Shown here piece by piece: positions 1 to 10,018 of a DNA stretch of 32,403 nt (position 1 is the stretch's first letter; every line of letters starts with the position of its first letter). The position numbers were made by a program, and so were the translations under genes. The stretch lies in NCBI GenBank assembly GCA_964632315.1, contig CAZWEM010000051.1, positions 1-32,403 of the forward strand, given 5' to 3'. The notes under the pieces are model-generated. The model saw only the letters and a list, made by a program, of their open reading frames with translations. It did no database searches and was not told the origin of the DNA. This stretch comes from an uncultured archaeon. Lineage in GTDB: Archaea; Asgardarchaeota; Lokiarchaeia; Sigyniarchaeales; SOKP01.

Positions 1-2
1 TG

Positions 3-796
3 AAAAATTTCTTTCTGATTGGACTACCCACTGAAATAGATCAAGATCGGAAAGCGTTAGTAGAAATGGTTGCCAAAGAAAAAAATATATTTAATAAAAG
101 CGGGCTGAATGATTCTTTGATTAAAGTCGACGTAAATCCCTTCATTCCAAAGTGGCATACTCCATTTAAAAATTATCTCTTTCCTACTTGCTTGACTCGG
201 GTTTTAAAGAAAAAATTCATCATCTATACAATAATCTGTATACTATTCTATCCGAGAATTATGAAGACAATGAAATCATTTCTGTCGACTTTCATATTGA
301 GAAATCTTTAGGTTTTGGTAGGCATACAAGAATATGTGACGCGTTGATAAATGATATCAGATCCAATAAATTCGGAGACTTGGTTAACGATAAATACTCA
401 TTGAAGTATACGATTTCAAAAGATGGAGGAGAATTGTTAAATGAATTCGAGTTCAGGGAATTCGTCACAAGCATAACATTCTACATGGTGATGTTCAATG
501 CTGTAGCCCTAATCGGTGATAAAAATGCTGGATATTCCCTCTTTGCCTCGCAACGAAGGATTTACTATAATAATTATATAGTAGGATTGTATGCAAAAGA
601 CAACATAAATGCACATTTAAATCGGAAGGGTATTAATATTTATAGTCTATGGAAGGATAATTGGAATTCTGATGAGCACGATCAAGAAGTATGGCGTTAT
701 CAAGACTGCTGGCCGATTTACTTGCTTGATGACGCTCGGGAACTCATTAATTATTTCGAAGCGCGCTACAAAATTGACATTCAACCTTTAGTATGA
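3..796 (+). pseudogene. 3' part of a radical SAM protein (B12-binding/TIGR03960-like), split by a -1 frame change between about 170 and 310; 5' end lies outside the window
   Basis: Frame 3 is open from base 3: KNFFLIGLPTEIDQD...VDVNPFIPKWHTPF, matching the radical SAM GLPxE and PFIPKPHTP motifs. Frame 2 is open 170-796 and carries FNAVALIGDKNAG, resembling the family's C-terminal 'RGDR' region. May be an assembly indel rather than a true pseudogene. Confidence 0.6.
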
Positions 797-907
797 CTTC
801 ACCCTCAATAAACAGATATATTTCCATTATCTTAAGATTTATATATAAATTTCTAGCAGTATATCTATGTATAGATGAAAAAAAGTAAATTGAAAAAGAT
901 GATTTAA

Positions 908-2017
908 ATAAAGGAGTTTCAAATAAACCAGTTTCTCTCTGTACGGCTGGAACGCGGGCAAACAATGATTTATGTTGCGGATGAGCTATTCCTCCAGTGT
1001 AAATTTCTTCTCTTAAATATCCCACTTGCAGAAAGCTCACCGTTCGACGATATCAGCTCCATCGATGATGCAACCGAGATTTTGAATTCTGAAGTGGAAA
1101 AAGAAATTAGAAATGTACATGTTCCCCCTGAAGTGGAATTTTGGGGGCATTGCTCTAATCTACAGGCGTGGTACGAAAACGAGTATGATACGCGTCTCAT
1201 CCATTCCAATCTTGCGTTTCCTCTCCTAAAGAAGTTAACCGAAGTCGGAGACCCCCTCGCAAAAAGGATATTCAAGAAAGAAGTAATCGAAAGATACGAG
1301 AACGGCACTGAAACCACTCGGGAGTACATAGTTAGGTCGGGAATACTTAGAAGTCTGCCACTGGATGAGTATATTAACCTTTTTGTAGACACACAGAATT
1401 TTAACGCATTGATGGAGTTAATTGAAGTTGTCTGGCCAGATCGGAATCCGCATGAAATTATTCTCACGTTAATAGCTGAAGAGGGGGTAATCTTAGAAAA
1501 TAGGAAGGTTATCGGATTGAATTTATCAGATATTGAGTTATTCTCTTTCCCACAGGCGATAGTAAAGTTCAATTCATTAAGGGACTTAGATCTACGTGCT
1601 AATTATCTTGCAGAAATACCAGAAGATATTCACAAGTTAAGGAAACTGAAAAAATTATATTTAGGTACTTGCGAAATTGCTAAACTACCTGATTCCATTT
1701 GTGATCTCGATTCACTTGAAGTAGTATATTTAGGTGATAATACATTAGAAACTTTACCTCAAAATATCGGAAATCTAAAAAACTTGTACCAGTTGAGTTT
1801 ATCTCATAACCGCATTCATGAACTGCCCAAATCATTTTGCGATTTAAGCTCTCTTGAAAGGTTAGATTTATCAAAAAATGAAATAATGAGCCTTCCTAAC
1901 TGTTTTCAAAGTTTAAATTCATTAGGGTATTTAGATTTGCGTGAAAATCCCATTGTAAATGATGATTTTGAAATTGAAAGAATAAAGCTAATGAATATAA
2001 AAAAGTTTTATCATTAA
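908..2017 (+). CDS. Lokiarchaeal-type leucine-rich repeat protein (conserved N-terminal domain plus about 7 C-terminal 23-aa LRRs)
   Basis: LxxLxLxxNxLxxLP repeats (LRDLDLRANYLAEIP, LYQLSLSHNRIHELP, LERLDLSKNEIMSLP). N-domain FWGHCSNLQAWYENEYDTRLIHSNLAFPLLKKL is typical of Loki LRR proteins. First ATG is at 965 but the frame is open from ATA 908. Confidence 0.85.
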   Translation: MKEFQINQFLSVRLERGQTMIYVADELFLQCKFLLLNIPLAESSPFDDISSIDDATEILNSEVEKEIRNVHVPPEVEFWGHCSNLQAWYENEYDTRLIHSNLAFPLLKKLTEVGDPLAKRIFKKEVIERYENGTETTREYIVRSGILRSLPLDEYINLFVDTQNFNALMELIEVVWPDRNPHEIILTLIAEEGVILENRKVIGLNLSDIELFSFPQAIVKFNSLRDLDLRANYLAEIPEDIHKLRKLKKLYLGTCEIAKLPDSICDLDSLEVVYLGDNTLETLPQNIGNLKNLYQLSLSHNRIHELPKSFCDLSSLERLDLSKNEIMSLPNCFQSLNSLGYLDLRENPIVNDDFEIERIKLMNIKKFYH

Positions 2018-2073
2018 AAGTATCTATACATTCGAATCGTCTTTTAAAGTCCAAATGTCTCTATCAAATAATT

Positions 2074-2802
2074 TTAGTTTTGGTGTCCTGTTCTTCTTGC
2101 TGCAATTTGTCCAACCTTTCTACCAGGCGGAGCATTGCGTGAAGTAGTGGTAGATTTATGTGCACTCTGTTTTGCGCCTCCTCCGTATGGATGGGATACT
2201 GCGTTCATTGTAACTCCTCTAACGACAGGCCATTTTTTTGCTTTTGAACGGTATAAATAAAAGCTATTCCCAGCCTTAAGTAAGGGTTTATCTGGTCGAC
2301 CCCCTCCTGCAACCACGCCAATTGTGCACAAACAAGTATCGTTAAACCATCGTGTCTTTTTTGATCTAAATAATACCTCAACTTTATCTTTAGATTTATT
2401 TCTCACGATTGCTGCAACTCCTGAAGCCCGTGCGAATTTACCCCCATCTTGGGGAGTTCCTTCAATATTAAATACTAAGGTTCCAAGTGGCACTTTTTTT
2501 AAGGGTAAAATATTGCCAACTTCCACATCGACGCCATAGCCCGTTTTAGATTGCGAAAATTCTTCTCCTTCATAAATTCCTTCGGGTGGCAGCCATAAAT
2601 CTGAAACGCCATCCTCATACTTTATACGAGCTACTGGAGCACCTCTCCCTGGTGAGTGAATTAATTCAATTACTTTAAAAGTCAATTTTTTTTCTTTTTC
2701 TTTCAGTGCGCGGTATTTCACTTTACCTACGTGGCGATGACCTGGAGAACGTGCCCATAAGTTTCCGCGACCTTTCCTTTGAACGAGGATGCGTTTACCC
2801 AT
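2074..2802 (-). CDS. rpl2: 50S ribosomal protein uL2
   Basis: MGKRILVQRKGRG start, HSPGRGAP, WPVVRGVTMNAVSHPYGGG, PPGRKVGQIAARRTG. ATG at 2802 preferred over GTG at 2811. Confidence 0.97.
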   Translation of the reverse strand: MGKRILVQRKGRGNLWARSPGHRHVGKVKYRALKEKEKKLTFKVIELIHSPGRGAPVARIKYEDGVSDLWLPPEGIYEGEEFSQSKTGYGVDVEVGNILPLKKVPLGTLVFNIEGTPQDGGKFARASGVAAIVRNKSKDKVEVLFRSKKTRWFNDTCLCTIGVVAGGGRPDKPLLKAGNSFYLYRSKAKKWPVVRGVTMNAVSHPYGGGAKQSAHKSTTTSRNAPPGRKVGQIAARRTGHQN

Positions 2803-2921
2803 TTGTGTCACATCATAACTAAGAATTATGAAATTAAATTATGTAAAGTATAAATTTTTTATGATTTTCGTGTATATTCATGAATTCATGGACTTAAAAC
2901 ATGTAAATTTATACATGAGGA

Positions 2922-4280
2922 TTATAACTTTTTATTTTTTAGCAGGTGATCGATGTTATAATTAAAAGCAATGGGTATCTCTCGTTGAAGAAGTTCTCCT
3001 GCGATATTCGTGAGTAATAAATCTTTAATCTTTTTTGGATCTTGTGTTTGTCCTAAAACCCATCCAAGTTTCACGTATGCGACTTCGGGGAGTAAATTTT
3101 TTCCGGGTATCACTCCAATGTTCTGCAATTCTCTTCCCGTAGAATAAACATCCATTGCAACAAATCCGTGTAGTGTCTGCGTGGTCATTAATACGGTAAT
3201 TCCTTGTCCAATTGCTCTTTCAATTGATTTGTAAAGCGATGTACTGACATGTCCTAAGCCCGTACCAGCTAAAACAATCCCCTTGTACCCCTTATCAATA
3301 TAAAAATCAATAAGATGGCTCTCCATTCCAGGGTATGAATAGACGAGGGCAATCTTATTTTCGAATTCAGTTTTAATCTGTAATTCCGAATCATTCCGTT
3401 TTCTCACATTATCCTTGAAATACTTAATTTTTCTATCTTTAACCATGCCTATTGGAATGTCATCAATCGTTCGAAAGGTATCACGGACGGAAGAATGCAT
3501 TTTTCTTACAAGAGTTCCTCTATGAATTAAGCCATACTCATGAGAAGTTGAACCGAGCATCACTAAAACCACTTCAGCTAAATCCGAAGTTGCTACTGTT
3601 GCTGCGTTAATTAAATTCATAGCAGCATCTGAAGACGGTCTATCAGAACTTCTTTGACTACCAGTTAAGACTATAGGAAATGGTAAATCTTTTAACATAA
3701 AAGATAAGGCAGCGCTGGTGAAACTCATTGTATCTGTTCCGTGTCCTATTATTACTCCGTCTTTTCCGTTGTCAAAAGCCTTTTTAATTTCTTCAGCTAA
3801 TTTTTGCCAGAATTCGGGACGCATATTTTCAGATAAAATCTCAAAAACCATCTTGCATTCAAGGTTGCATATTTCTGCCAGTTCTGGAACGGAACTAAAT
3901 AATTCTCCGGGAGTAAATGAAGGAATGACAGCTCCAGTGGTATAATCTAATCTAGATGCAACCGTTCCCCCAGTACCTAATAGAATCACGTTGGGTAACT
4001 TTTTATTAAAAGGGAATTTTTTTTCGGGTATTTTATACAGAGCTTCCTTTTTTCCAACGTTTTTAATTTCCAAAATTTCATCCACGTGAATTCCAATATT
4101 ATAATTGTTTTCAAGTTTTATTTCAATGAAATTAGGTGCAGCAGATTCAGCTCTTGGTAAAATGATTCCTTCAAGGATAGTTTTAGCCGTTTTTAGTTGA
4201 ACGATATCCCAAACTTCGAGATTTTCTTTTTCCAAGAGATTTTTTGCCTTTTCTTTATATCCCTTTAATTTATTTTCCAT
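2922..4280 (-). CDS. gatD: Glu-tRNA(Gln) amidotransferase subunit D
   Basis: Asparaginase motifs TGGTVAS and HGTDT, GSQRSSDRPSSD, RKMHSS; GatD N-domain KLENNYNIG; abuts gatE. Confidence 0.97.
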   Translation of the reverse strand: MENKLKGYKEKAKNLLEKENLEVWDIVQLKTAKTILEGIILPRAESAAPNFIEIKLENNYNIGIHVDEILEIKNVGKKEALYKIPEKKFPFNKKLPNVILLGTGGTVASRLDYTTGAVIPSFTPGELFSSVPELAEICNLECKMVFEILSENMRPEFWQKLAEEIKKAFDNGKDGVIIGHGTDTMSFTSAALSFMLKDLPFPIVLTGSQRSSDRPSSDAAMNLINAATVATSDLAEVVLVMLGSTSHEYGLIHRGTLVRKMHSSVRDTFRTIDDIPIGMVKDRKIKYFKDNVRKRNDSELQIKTEFENKIALVYSYPGMESHLIDFYIDKGYKGIVLAGTGLGHVSTSLYKSIERAIGQGITVLMTTQTLHGFVAMDVYSTGRELQNIGVIPGKNLLPEVAYVKLGWVLGQTQDPKKIKDLLLTNIAGELLQREIPIAFNYNIDHLLKNKKL

Positions 4281-6200
4281 TTACTTCAACTCCTTTATCT
4301 TCTTCACTAACAAATCTTTTAATTTGTCTGAAACTATAGCACCATCAATCTTTCCTCGCATTTGCTTCATTACGTCACCCATTAAAGGACCCATTGCCTT
4401 CATTTCACGTTCCTTTACTATAATAATGTTATTATCAATTATCTGAGAAATAATTTCTGTTAATTTTTCGATTGAGACACTTTTTATGTCAAGTTTTTCT
4501 TTTATTTGACTTATGCTCAATTTAGGATGTTCAGATTTCGCAATCATCAAGTCTTCGATCGCTTCTTTACTAATATTTTTGTTTTTTAATTCAGTAAATA
4601 TTTGTATATAATCTTCATCGTTAATATTATCAATTTCCTTTCCATCTCGCTTAAGAGCGATTGAAGTTTCTAATAGGGTGCTCAATATTATTGAGGGATT
4701 ATCAGAATAAATCTTAATAAGCCTTTCGAAGAGTTCTAATTTTCCACTAAAGATTAATTCCTTTATCATTCTTGATTCAGTGTCATATTTTTTTGAATAA
4801 TCTGTAATGACATCCCACGGATATTTTGGCAAATTTGCTCGGATTGCATCAATTTCCTCAACTTTATTCATAATTGCTTTAGAATCTGTATCAGGGTACA
4901 GCCGAGCTCCTCCGTGTAATTCTCTTAGGAATTCTGTATTTCCACTTTCAAGTGCCCTACGTGTTTCGGGGGGAACTCCATCAAAAGCCAATTTTACACG
5001 ATCAATAATTACTTTAGTAGCCTTCTTAATTTCGTTCATTGAACCTAAAATAAGAACAAAAGAATCATTCTTTTTTACATCTAATTCTTGATGAATTTTT
5101 TTGATATCCTCATCAGAAAATTTATACTTTCCTAAATGTTCGTCAGAATGGATTAATCCCTTTAATCCACTGATAGATTTTACTTTACTACTCACCTCAG
5201 TTCCAAATCGATAATCTGGCATCAATTCTTTTCCAAAAATTCCTTGAAATCCTTGAAATTTAAAACCCCATAATTTTTTTCCAGATTTAATTCCCTTAGA
5301 AATAAAATTTGATTTTGATTTTGCTAGGGATTTACTCAAATCTTTATCATTAGCGGGAATATCTTCCGCTTTTAAATTCCGCTTTTCTAGTTCTTCCTTT
5401 ATTTCTACTAATTTAATTTGGCGTGAAATTTCATGATCTATTAAGAGAGGGATCCAATCCAATTTTTGTACGCCTTTAATTTCTATTCTAGTACCGGCTT
5501 TTATGCTTACATTTATATCTTGTCTAATTGAACCTAACACTTTTTTGACTTGAGTTGACCAAAGTAATAAACCTATGCGTTCAGCGCATTCCCGGCATTC
5601 GAGAGGATCAGTAATATCAGGATCGGTGGTAACCTCCACTAGAGGTATCCCTAATCGATCTAATCGAAAGTAATTGATTTTATTTTCAGTTTTAATTTTT
5701 CTCGCTGCATCCTCTTCTAGGCTCAATATATCGATACCAATTTTTTTTCCGTTCTCAAGTAAAACATAACCATCAGTTCCAAGAATCATAGTTCTCTGGA
5801 AGCCTGAGGGAACGCTTCCATCAAGATAATTTTTCCTGCAAACGTGCATCTCTTCAATGATGTTTGCATTTAAAAGTGCTGCTATCTGAAGAGCTATACT
5901 TCTAGCCTCATTATTACATAAAAAAGGAGGAGTATCATCCATCTCATAAGTACAAATTACATCATTATACCCCTCATAGGTAACATTCATTCCTTTTTCA
6001 TATTCTGTAAGCATTGCTTTATCAAAGGTACCCATTTCACCTAAAACTGGGCGCATCAATCGCTTTATGGTAAAATCGGGATTTCTTGTTCCTTGAAGTT
6101 CTGCTGGACATCGACAGAATAATTTTGTTTGGGTTTCAAGTTGCTGATGAATTTCAAGACCACATTTTAAACCTAGTTTCTTATAATCGTACGTTGCCAT
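4281..6200 (-). CDS. gatE: Glu-tRNA(Gln) amidotransferase subunit E
   Basis: GLKCGLEIHQQL, DGSVPSGFQRT, LEEDAAR, RLDRLGIPLVE, RQDINVSI, ARLYPDTD and C-terminal YqeY-like GPLMGDVMK. Confidence 0.97.
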   Translation of the reverse strand: MATYDYKKLGLKCGLEIHQQLETQTKLFCRCPAELQGTRNPDFTIKRLMRPVLGEMGTFDKAMLTEYEKGMNVTYEGYNDVICTYEMDDTPPFLCNNEARSIALQIAALLNANIIEEMHVCRKNYLDGSVPSGFQRTMILGTDGYVLLENGKKIGIDILSLEEDAARKIKTENKINYFRLDRLGIPLVEVTTDPDITDPLECRECAERIGLLLWSTQVKKVLGSIRQDINVSIKAGTRIEIKGVQKLDWIPLLIDHEISRQIKLVEIKEELEKRNLKAEDIPANDKDLSKSLAKSKSNFISKGIKSGKKLWGFKFQGFQGIFGKELMPDYRFGTEVSSKVKSISGLKGLIHSDEHLGKYKFSDEDIKKIHQELDVKKNDSFVLILGSMNEIKKATKVIIDRVKLAFDGVPPETRRALESGNTEFLRELHGGARLYPDTDSKAIMNKVEEIDAIRANLPKYPWDVITDYSKKYDTESRMIKELIFSGKLELFERLIKIYSDNPSIILSTLLETSIALKRDGKEIDNINDEDYIQIFTELKNKNISKEAIEDLMIAKSEHPKLSISQIKEKLDIKSVSIEKLTEIISQIIDNNIIIVKEREMKAMGPLMGDVMKQMRGKIDGAIVSDKLKDLLVKKIKELK

Positions 6201-6330
6201 TTTAACTCTATTAAAAAAATAAGTAGTTTGCTATAAAATATGAGAATTCATTATGATTTTAAAAAGGTGGCAATTAAAATTTGATTTTCACGATAATTTT
6301 TGTATCCTATGATTCTATTATTGCTTAGGA

Positions 6331-7953
6331 TCATTTTAATTTCTTTGAAACATAAGGACCATCGACTTTATAGCCTAAGTCATAGAACCATTCTCTCGCG
6401 CCTATTCCACTTATCACGTTTAATTTTAAAGCATCAAATTCTTCTAAGCTAATTTTTTCTGCTTCATCCATTAGCATTTTACCAAATCCACGATGCTGAA
6501 CTTGAGTTATACGTTCGGGATCAGAATTAGTTGGGACGATTTCGCCGACTACTCTGATTTCTCTCACGATCAAGGTTTTTCCATCGTTCAATTCCATTCT
6601 ATGTGCTAGAATTGATGGAAAACGAAGTCTTAAATATCCTAATAAAAGATTTTCTCGTTCGAAAGACAAGAAAATTTCCTTTCCTTGAGAGGCCTCATAA
6701 TCAAATCGATTTAATTTAAATTGATTTAATTGATCATTATTCATTTTAGTTATCTGAGACCCCATTCCATATTCTCGACATCTGATGCACTTACATTTTC
6801 TGCCCTTTTGTTTTAACCTTTCTTGAACAAGCTGTCTTAGATTACTTTTGTTGCATCCTGCTTCGATTAAGGGAGCTGGAATATCCCTCATTATTCTTTG
6901 AATTCTTACATACGGAGGCAAATTCTCTTTAACTTTTGCGAGTAGTTTGACTAATTGCTCAGTTGAATATGGTTGGAATTTGTTTTGTTTCCATAAATCA
7001 TACAATTTCGTTCCTTTTATTACTAAACAAGGATATATTTTCAACATATCAGGTCGGTAATCAGGATCTGAAAACAATTGACTAAACAAATCCAAATCTT
7101 TTTGAATTGTAGAACCAGGCAAATTTGGCATTATATGGGTGTTAATCTTTAATCCAGCATCTCGAGCGATTCTAATCGCTTCCTTACTCTCTTTAGTGGT
7201 GTGACCCCTTTTCACTAATTCAAAGATGTCATCATAGACTGTTTGTACTCCAAGCTCTACCCTAGTGGCTCCATAAGATAACATTAGATCAACATGATTT
7301 TCCATACAATAATCGGGTCTCGTTTCAATAGTTAAACCGATTACCCTTTTTTGTGATTTTTCAGATTGAAATAAAGTTTCTTCTAGATTGCTTGTCTTTC
7401 TCCCTAAAACTCCTTCATAAGCACCCTTAATAAACCTTTTTTGATAGGAAAGTTCTGTTGATAAAAAAGTCCCACCCATTATTATTAATTCGATTTTATC
7501 TACTTGATGTCCAATAGCTTCTAAATCATTTATGCGACTTTCAACTTGTTTGAAAGGATCATAATGATTATGAATTGACCTTAAAGCCGCAGGTTCTTGT
7601 CCGGTGTAAGATTTTGCTACTTTCTCATTTGGTTGAGAATCAGCCCCAGGGCAATAGATACATTCTCCAGGGCAGGGAAGTGGTTCAGTCATTAACGCTA
7701 TAACAGACACTCCCGAACTTGTTCTTGTTTTTCTTCTTCTTAGTAACTGTGTTAATATTTTCTTTTCTTCATCACTCGCGTATTTTAAAACAGTAGCATT
7801 CTTAATTACATCGTTTAGCTCGTATTTTTTTCCTAATTTGCCCTTAAGATTAGTTATCTTATGTCGAGGATAATTAGGATTTTCCATTAGAAATCTAATG
7901 ATATCACGAGAAATTAATTCCAGTTTTTCAGAATTAGAAAACTCATTAACCAT
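6331..7953 (-). CDS. elp3: tRNA uridine(34) 5-carboxymethyl synthase Elp3 (radical SAM + KAT)
   Basis: RTSSGVSVIALMTEPLPCPGECIYCPG, KSYTGQEPA, IETRPD, KIYPCLV, RIQRIMRDIP, CKCIRCRE, QHRGFGK. Confidence 0.96.
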   Translation of the reverse strand: MVNEFSNSEKLELISRDIIRFLMENPNYPRHKITNLKGKLGKKYELNDVIKNATVLKYASDEEKKILTQLLRRRKTRTSSGVSVIALMTEPLPCPGECIYCPGADSQPNEKVAKSYTGQEPAALRSIHNHYDPFKQVESRINDLEAIGHQVDKIELIIMGGTFLSTELSYQKRFIKGAYEGVLGRKTSNLEETLFQSEKSQKRVIGLTIETRPDYCMENHVDLMLSYGATRVELGVQTVYDDIFELVKRGHTTKESKEAIRIARDAGLKINTHIMPNLPGSTIQKDLDLFSQLFSDPDYRPDMLKIYPCLVIKGTKLYDLWKQNKFQPYSTEQLVKLLAKVKENLPPYVRIQRIMRDIPAPLIEAGCNKSNLRQLVQERLKQKGRKCKCIRCREYGMGSQITKMNNDQLNQFKLNRFDYEASQGKEIFLSFERENLLLGYLRLRFPSILAHRMELNDGKTLIVREIRVVGEIVPTNSDPERITQVQHRGFGKMLMDEAEKISLEEFDALKLNVISGIGAREWFYDLGYKVDGPYVSKKLK

Positions 7954-8198
7954 ATAATGACAATAATAAAAGAAAAAGAATAAATTTTTTGGTTTAGGAC
8001 TAACTCTACATTTAATTTGTCATAAGCTTATTTAAATCAAAAAGTAAATAGACTTTTTAATGAAATATTTAAGTGATACTGAGTTAAATCCAAGCTTAAA
8101 AATGAGGATTCGAAGAATACATGATCAGGAGATATAAAAGGGATGAAAATCGATTCTATGAAAAATTAATAGAAAATCTAAATGCATTGATGAAAGAT

Positions 8199-9032
8199 TT
8201 AGCTTAATTTGATTTTTTTTCCACTAAAATCTCTTTTATAATGCCCAAAGTCTTCTATTTGATTTAATTGTGCTGAATTAAAAATTGGTCCATCTTTACA
8301 GACTAGCAATCCTAAAGGGTCAAGAGTACATAAACCACAGAGCCCACATCCGCATCTCATTACTCTTTCCAGGCTTACTTGAATTTTTAGATCATTCTTT
8401 TTACAAATATTAAAAATCTCGTACAACATCACTTCTGGTCCACAGGCATAAATTATCACATTTTCAAATTCCTCTGAAAGAGTAGGAATGAGGCTTTCTA
8501 ACATCAACGGTGCAAATGCTTTAGTGCCGAAACTACCATCATCAGTACAAAAAATTATCTCATCAATATTTTTTTCTTCACTTTTTAATATCTCTCTAAA
8601 AATTAGTTGATTTTCACTTTTAGCACCTTCGATGAAAGTAAAATTTCTATTTTGATTGATAAGTTCATCAGCTAGGAATTTAATAGGAGCTATACCAATA
8701 CCACCAGCTATAAGAATGAATTTACTAGAAGTACTATCTGGAATTGTAAAATGATTTCCTAAAGGTCCACGAATTCCAATGTAATCTCCAGGTTTAATAT
8801 TACTTAACTTTTCAGTGCATTCCCCAACGCTTTTTATAGTTATACTCCACTCATTATCTTTATTCCAACCACAAACGGAGAGCGGAATTTCATCAATACC
8901 AGGCATCCAAACCATTAAAAACTGTCCCGGTTTTGGTTTTTGTAATTTGACATTGAAATATAAAGTATTTACATCTAAACACTCTTGTTTTATACGATCA
9001 ACTCTCACAGTAGTAATCATATTTTCATTCAA
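8199..9032 (-). CDS. pyrK: Dihydroorotate dehydrogenase electron transfer subunit
   Basis: PGQFLMVW, RGPLGN, AGGIGIAP, YACGPE, MRCGCGLCGLC...VCKDGP [2Fe-2S] motif; overlaps the pyrD stop. Confidence 0.95.
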   Translation of the reverse strand: MNENMITTVRVDRIKQECLDVNTLYFNVKLQKPKPGQFLMVWMPGIDEIPLSVCGWNKDNEWSITIKSVGECTEKLSNIKPGDYIGIRGPLGNHFTIPDSTSSKFILIAGGIGIAPIKFLADELINQNRNFTFIEGAKSENQLIFREILKSEEKNIDEIIFCTDDGSFGTKAFAPLMLESLIPTLSEEFENVIIYACGPEVMLYEIFNICKKNDLKIQVSLERVMRCGCGLCGLCTLDPLGLLVCKDGPIFNSAQLNQIEDFGHYKRDFSGKKIKLS

Positions 9033-9951
9033 AATCAGGCACCTCTTGTGTTTGAAAATTATGTGCTAAGCCCACTAATTCCGAAATTGAAGAAAAATTA
9101 TTTCTTTTTAAATAATTAGATAAGTCCTCATTAATACTCTTGAATAATTCAATATCTTTATATAATGCGGTGCCAATCTGAACTGCTGATGCTCCAGCAA
9201 GGAAAAATTCGATAACATCCTTCCAATCAAAAATACCACCACATCCAATGATAGGAATCTTTAAAACTTTATAGAGATCATATACTTTTTTAATTGCAAT
9301 TGGATGAATAGCCTTACCAGAAAGTCCTCCACTTCCGTGGGAAAGAATTGGTCGTTTAGTATTAATGTCAATAATCATCGCAGATAAGGTATTTATTGCT
9401 ACTACTCCGTCAGCGCCTCCTTTTTCTGCTGCGAGTGCTATTTCTTCGATATTGGTAACATTAGGATTTAATTTTATTAGTAAAGGTTTTTTAATCGATT
9501 TTTTTAGTAATTTAACCAACTCAAATGTCAGATTACTATCAATACCAATGCTTGAAACCTCAGCGTGGGGACACGAAATGTTTAATTCAATCGCATCGGC
9601 TCCTGCATTTATAGCTTTAGTTGCGACTTGTTGATATGAATCGTTAGTATTTCCAAATACGCTTACTATTATTGGACATTTGTATTCTTTCATTTCAAAT
9701 ATTTCAGAAATGAAATCATCTATTCCAGGATTTCCAAGACCTACACTGTTAATAAATGTACCAGGATAAATTTCCACAATTGAAGGGTTTTTATAGCCTT
9801 TCCGAGGTTTTGGCCCAATAGATTTGGTTGTTATTGCTCCAGCTCCAGCATCAATTATTCTTTTAATTGTAGAATGAGACACGCCTAAAATTCCGGAAGC
9901 CAAAATAATTGGAGATTTTAAATTTAATCCCGAAATATTTACTTCAAGCAT
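9025..9951 (-). CDS. pyrD: Dihydroorotate dehydrogenase (family 1B) catalytic subunit
   Basis: LASGILG, TKS, NSVGLGNPG, ELNISCPH, KLNPN, INT, GGLSGKAIHP, IGCGGI, VQIGTA. Confidence 0.96.
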   Translation of the reverse strand: MLEVNISGLNLKSPIILASGILGVSHSTIKRIIDAGAGAITTKSIGPKPRKGYKNPSIVEIYPGTFINSVGLGNPGIDDFISEIFEMKEYKCPIIVSVFGNTNDSYQQVATKAINAGADAIELNISCPHAEVSSIGIDSNLTFELVKLLKKSIKKPLLIKLNPNVTNIEEIALAAEKGGADGVVAINTLSAMIIDINTKRPILSHGSGGLSGKAIHPIAIKKVYDLYKVLKIPIIGCGGIFDWKDVIEFFLAGASAVQIGTALYKDIELFKSINEDLSNYLKRNNFSSISELVGLAHNFQTQEVPDFE

Positions 9952-10018
9952 TACTATTATAATTTAAGTAAATATTATTATTATTATTTGAGAAATTTAA
10001 TTTCTTTTATTGATAACA

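Noticed and set aside
210-311. Hydrophobic tail of the 66..311 ORF as a membrane protein
   Set aside because: It is out-of-frame run-on after the radical SAM motifs; the coding signal continues in frame 2.
970-1572. 200-aa minus ORF and other ORFs antisense to long genes (e.g. 2324, 3718, 4807, 9365, 15699, 23722, 25778, 30448)
   Set aside because: They lie opposite well-supported genes and have Ser/Phe/Ile-rich shadow composition with no motifs.
7954-8198. 25-codon ORF (8060-8137) or box C/D sRNA in the elp3-pyrK spacer
   Set aside because: Too short to support, and no properly arranged C (RUGAUGA) and D (CUGA) box pair was found.
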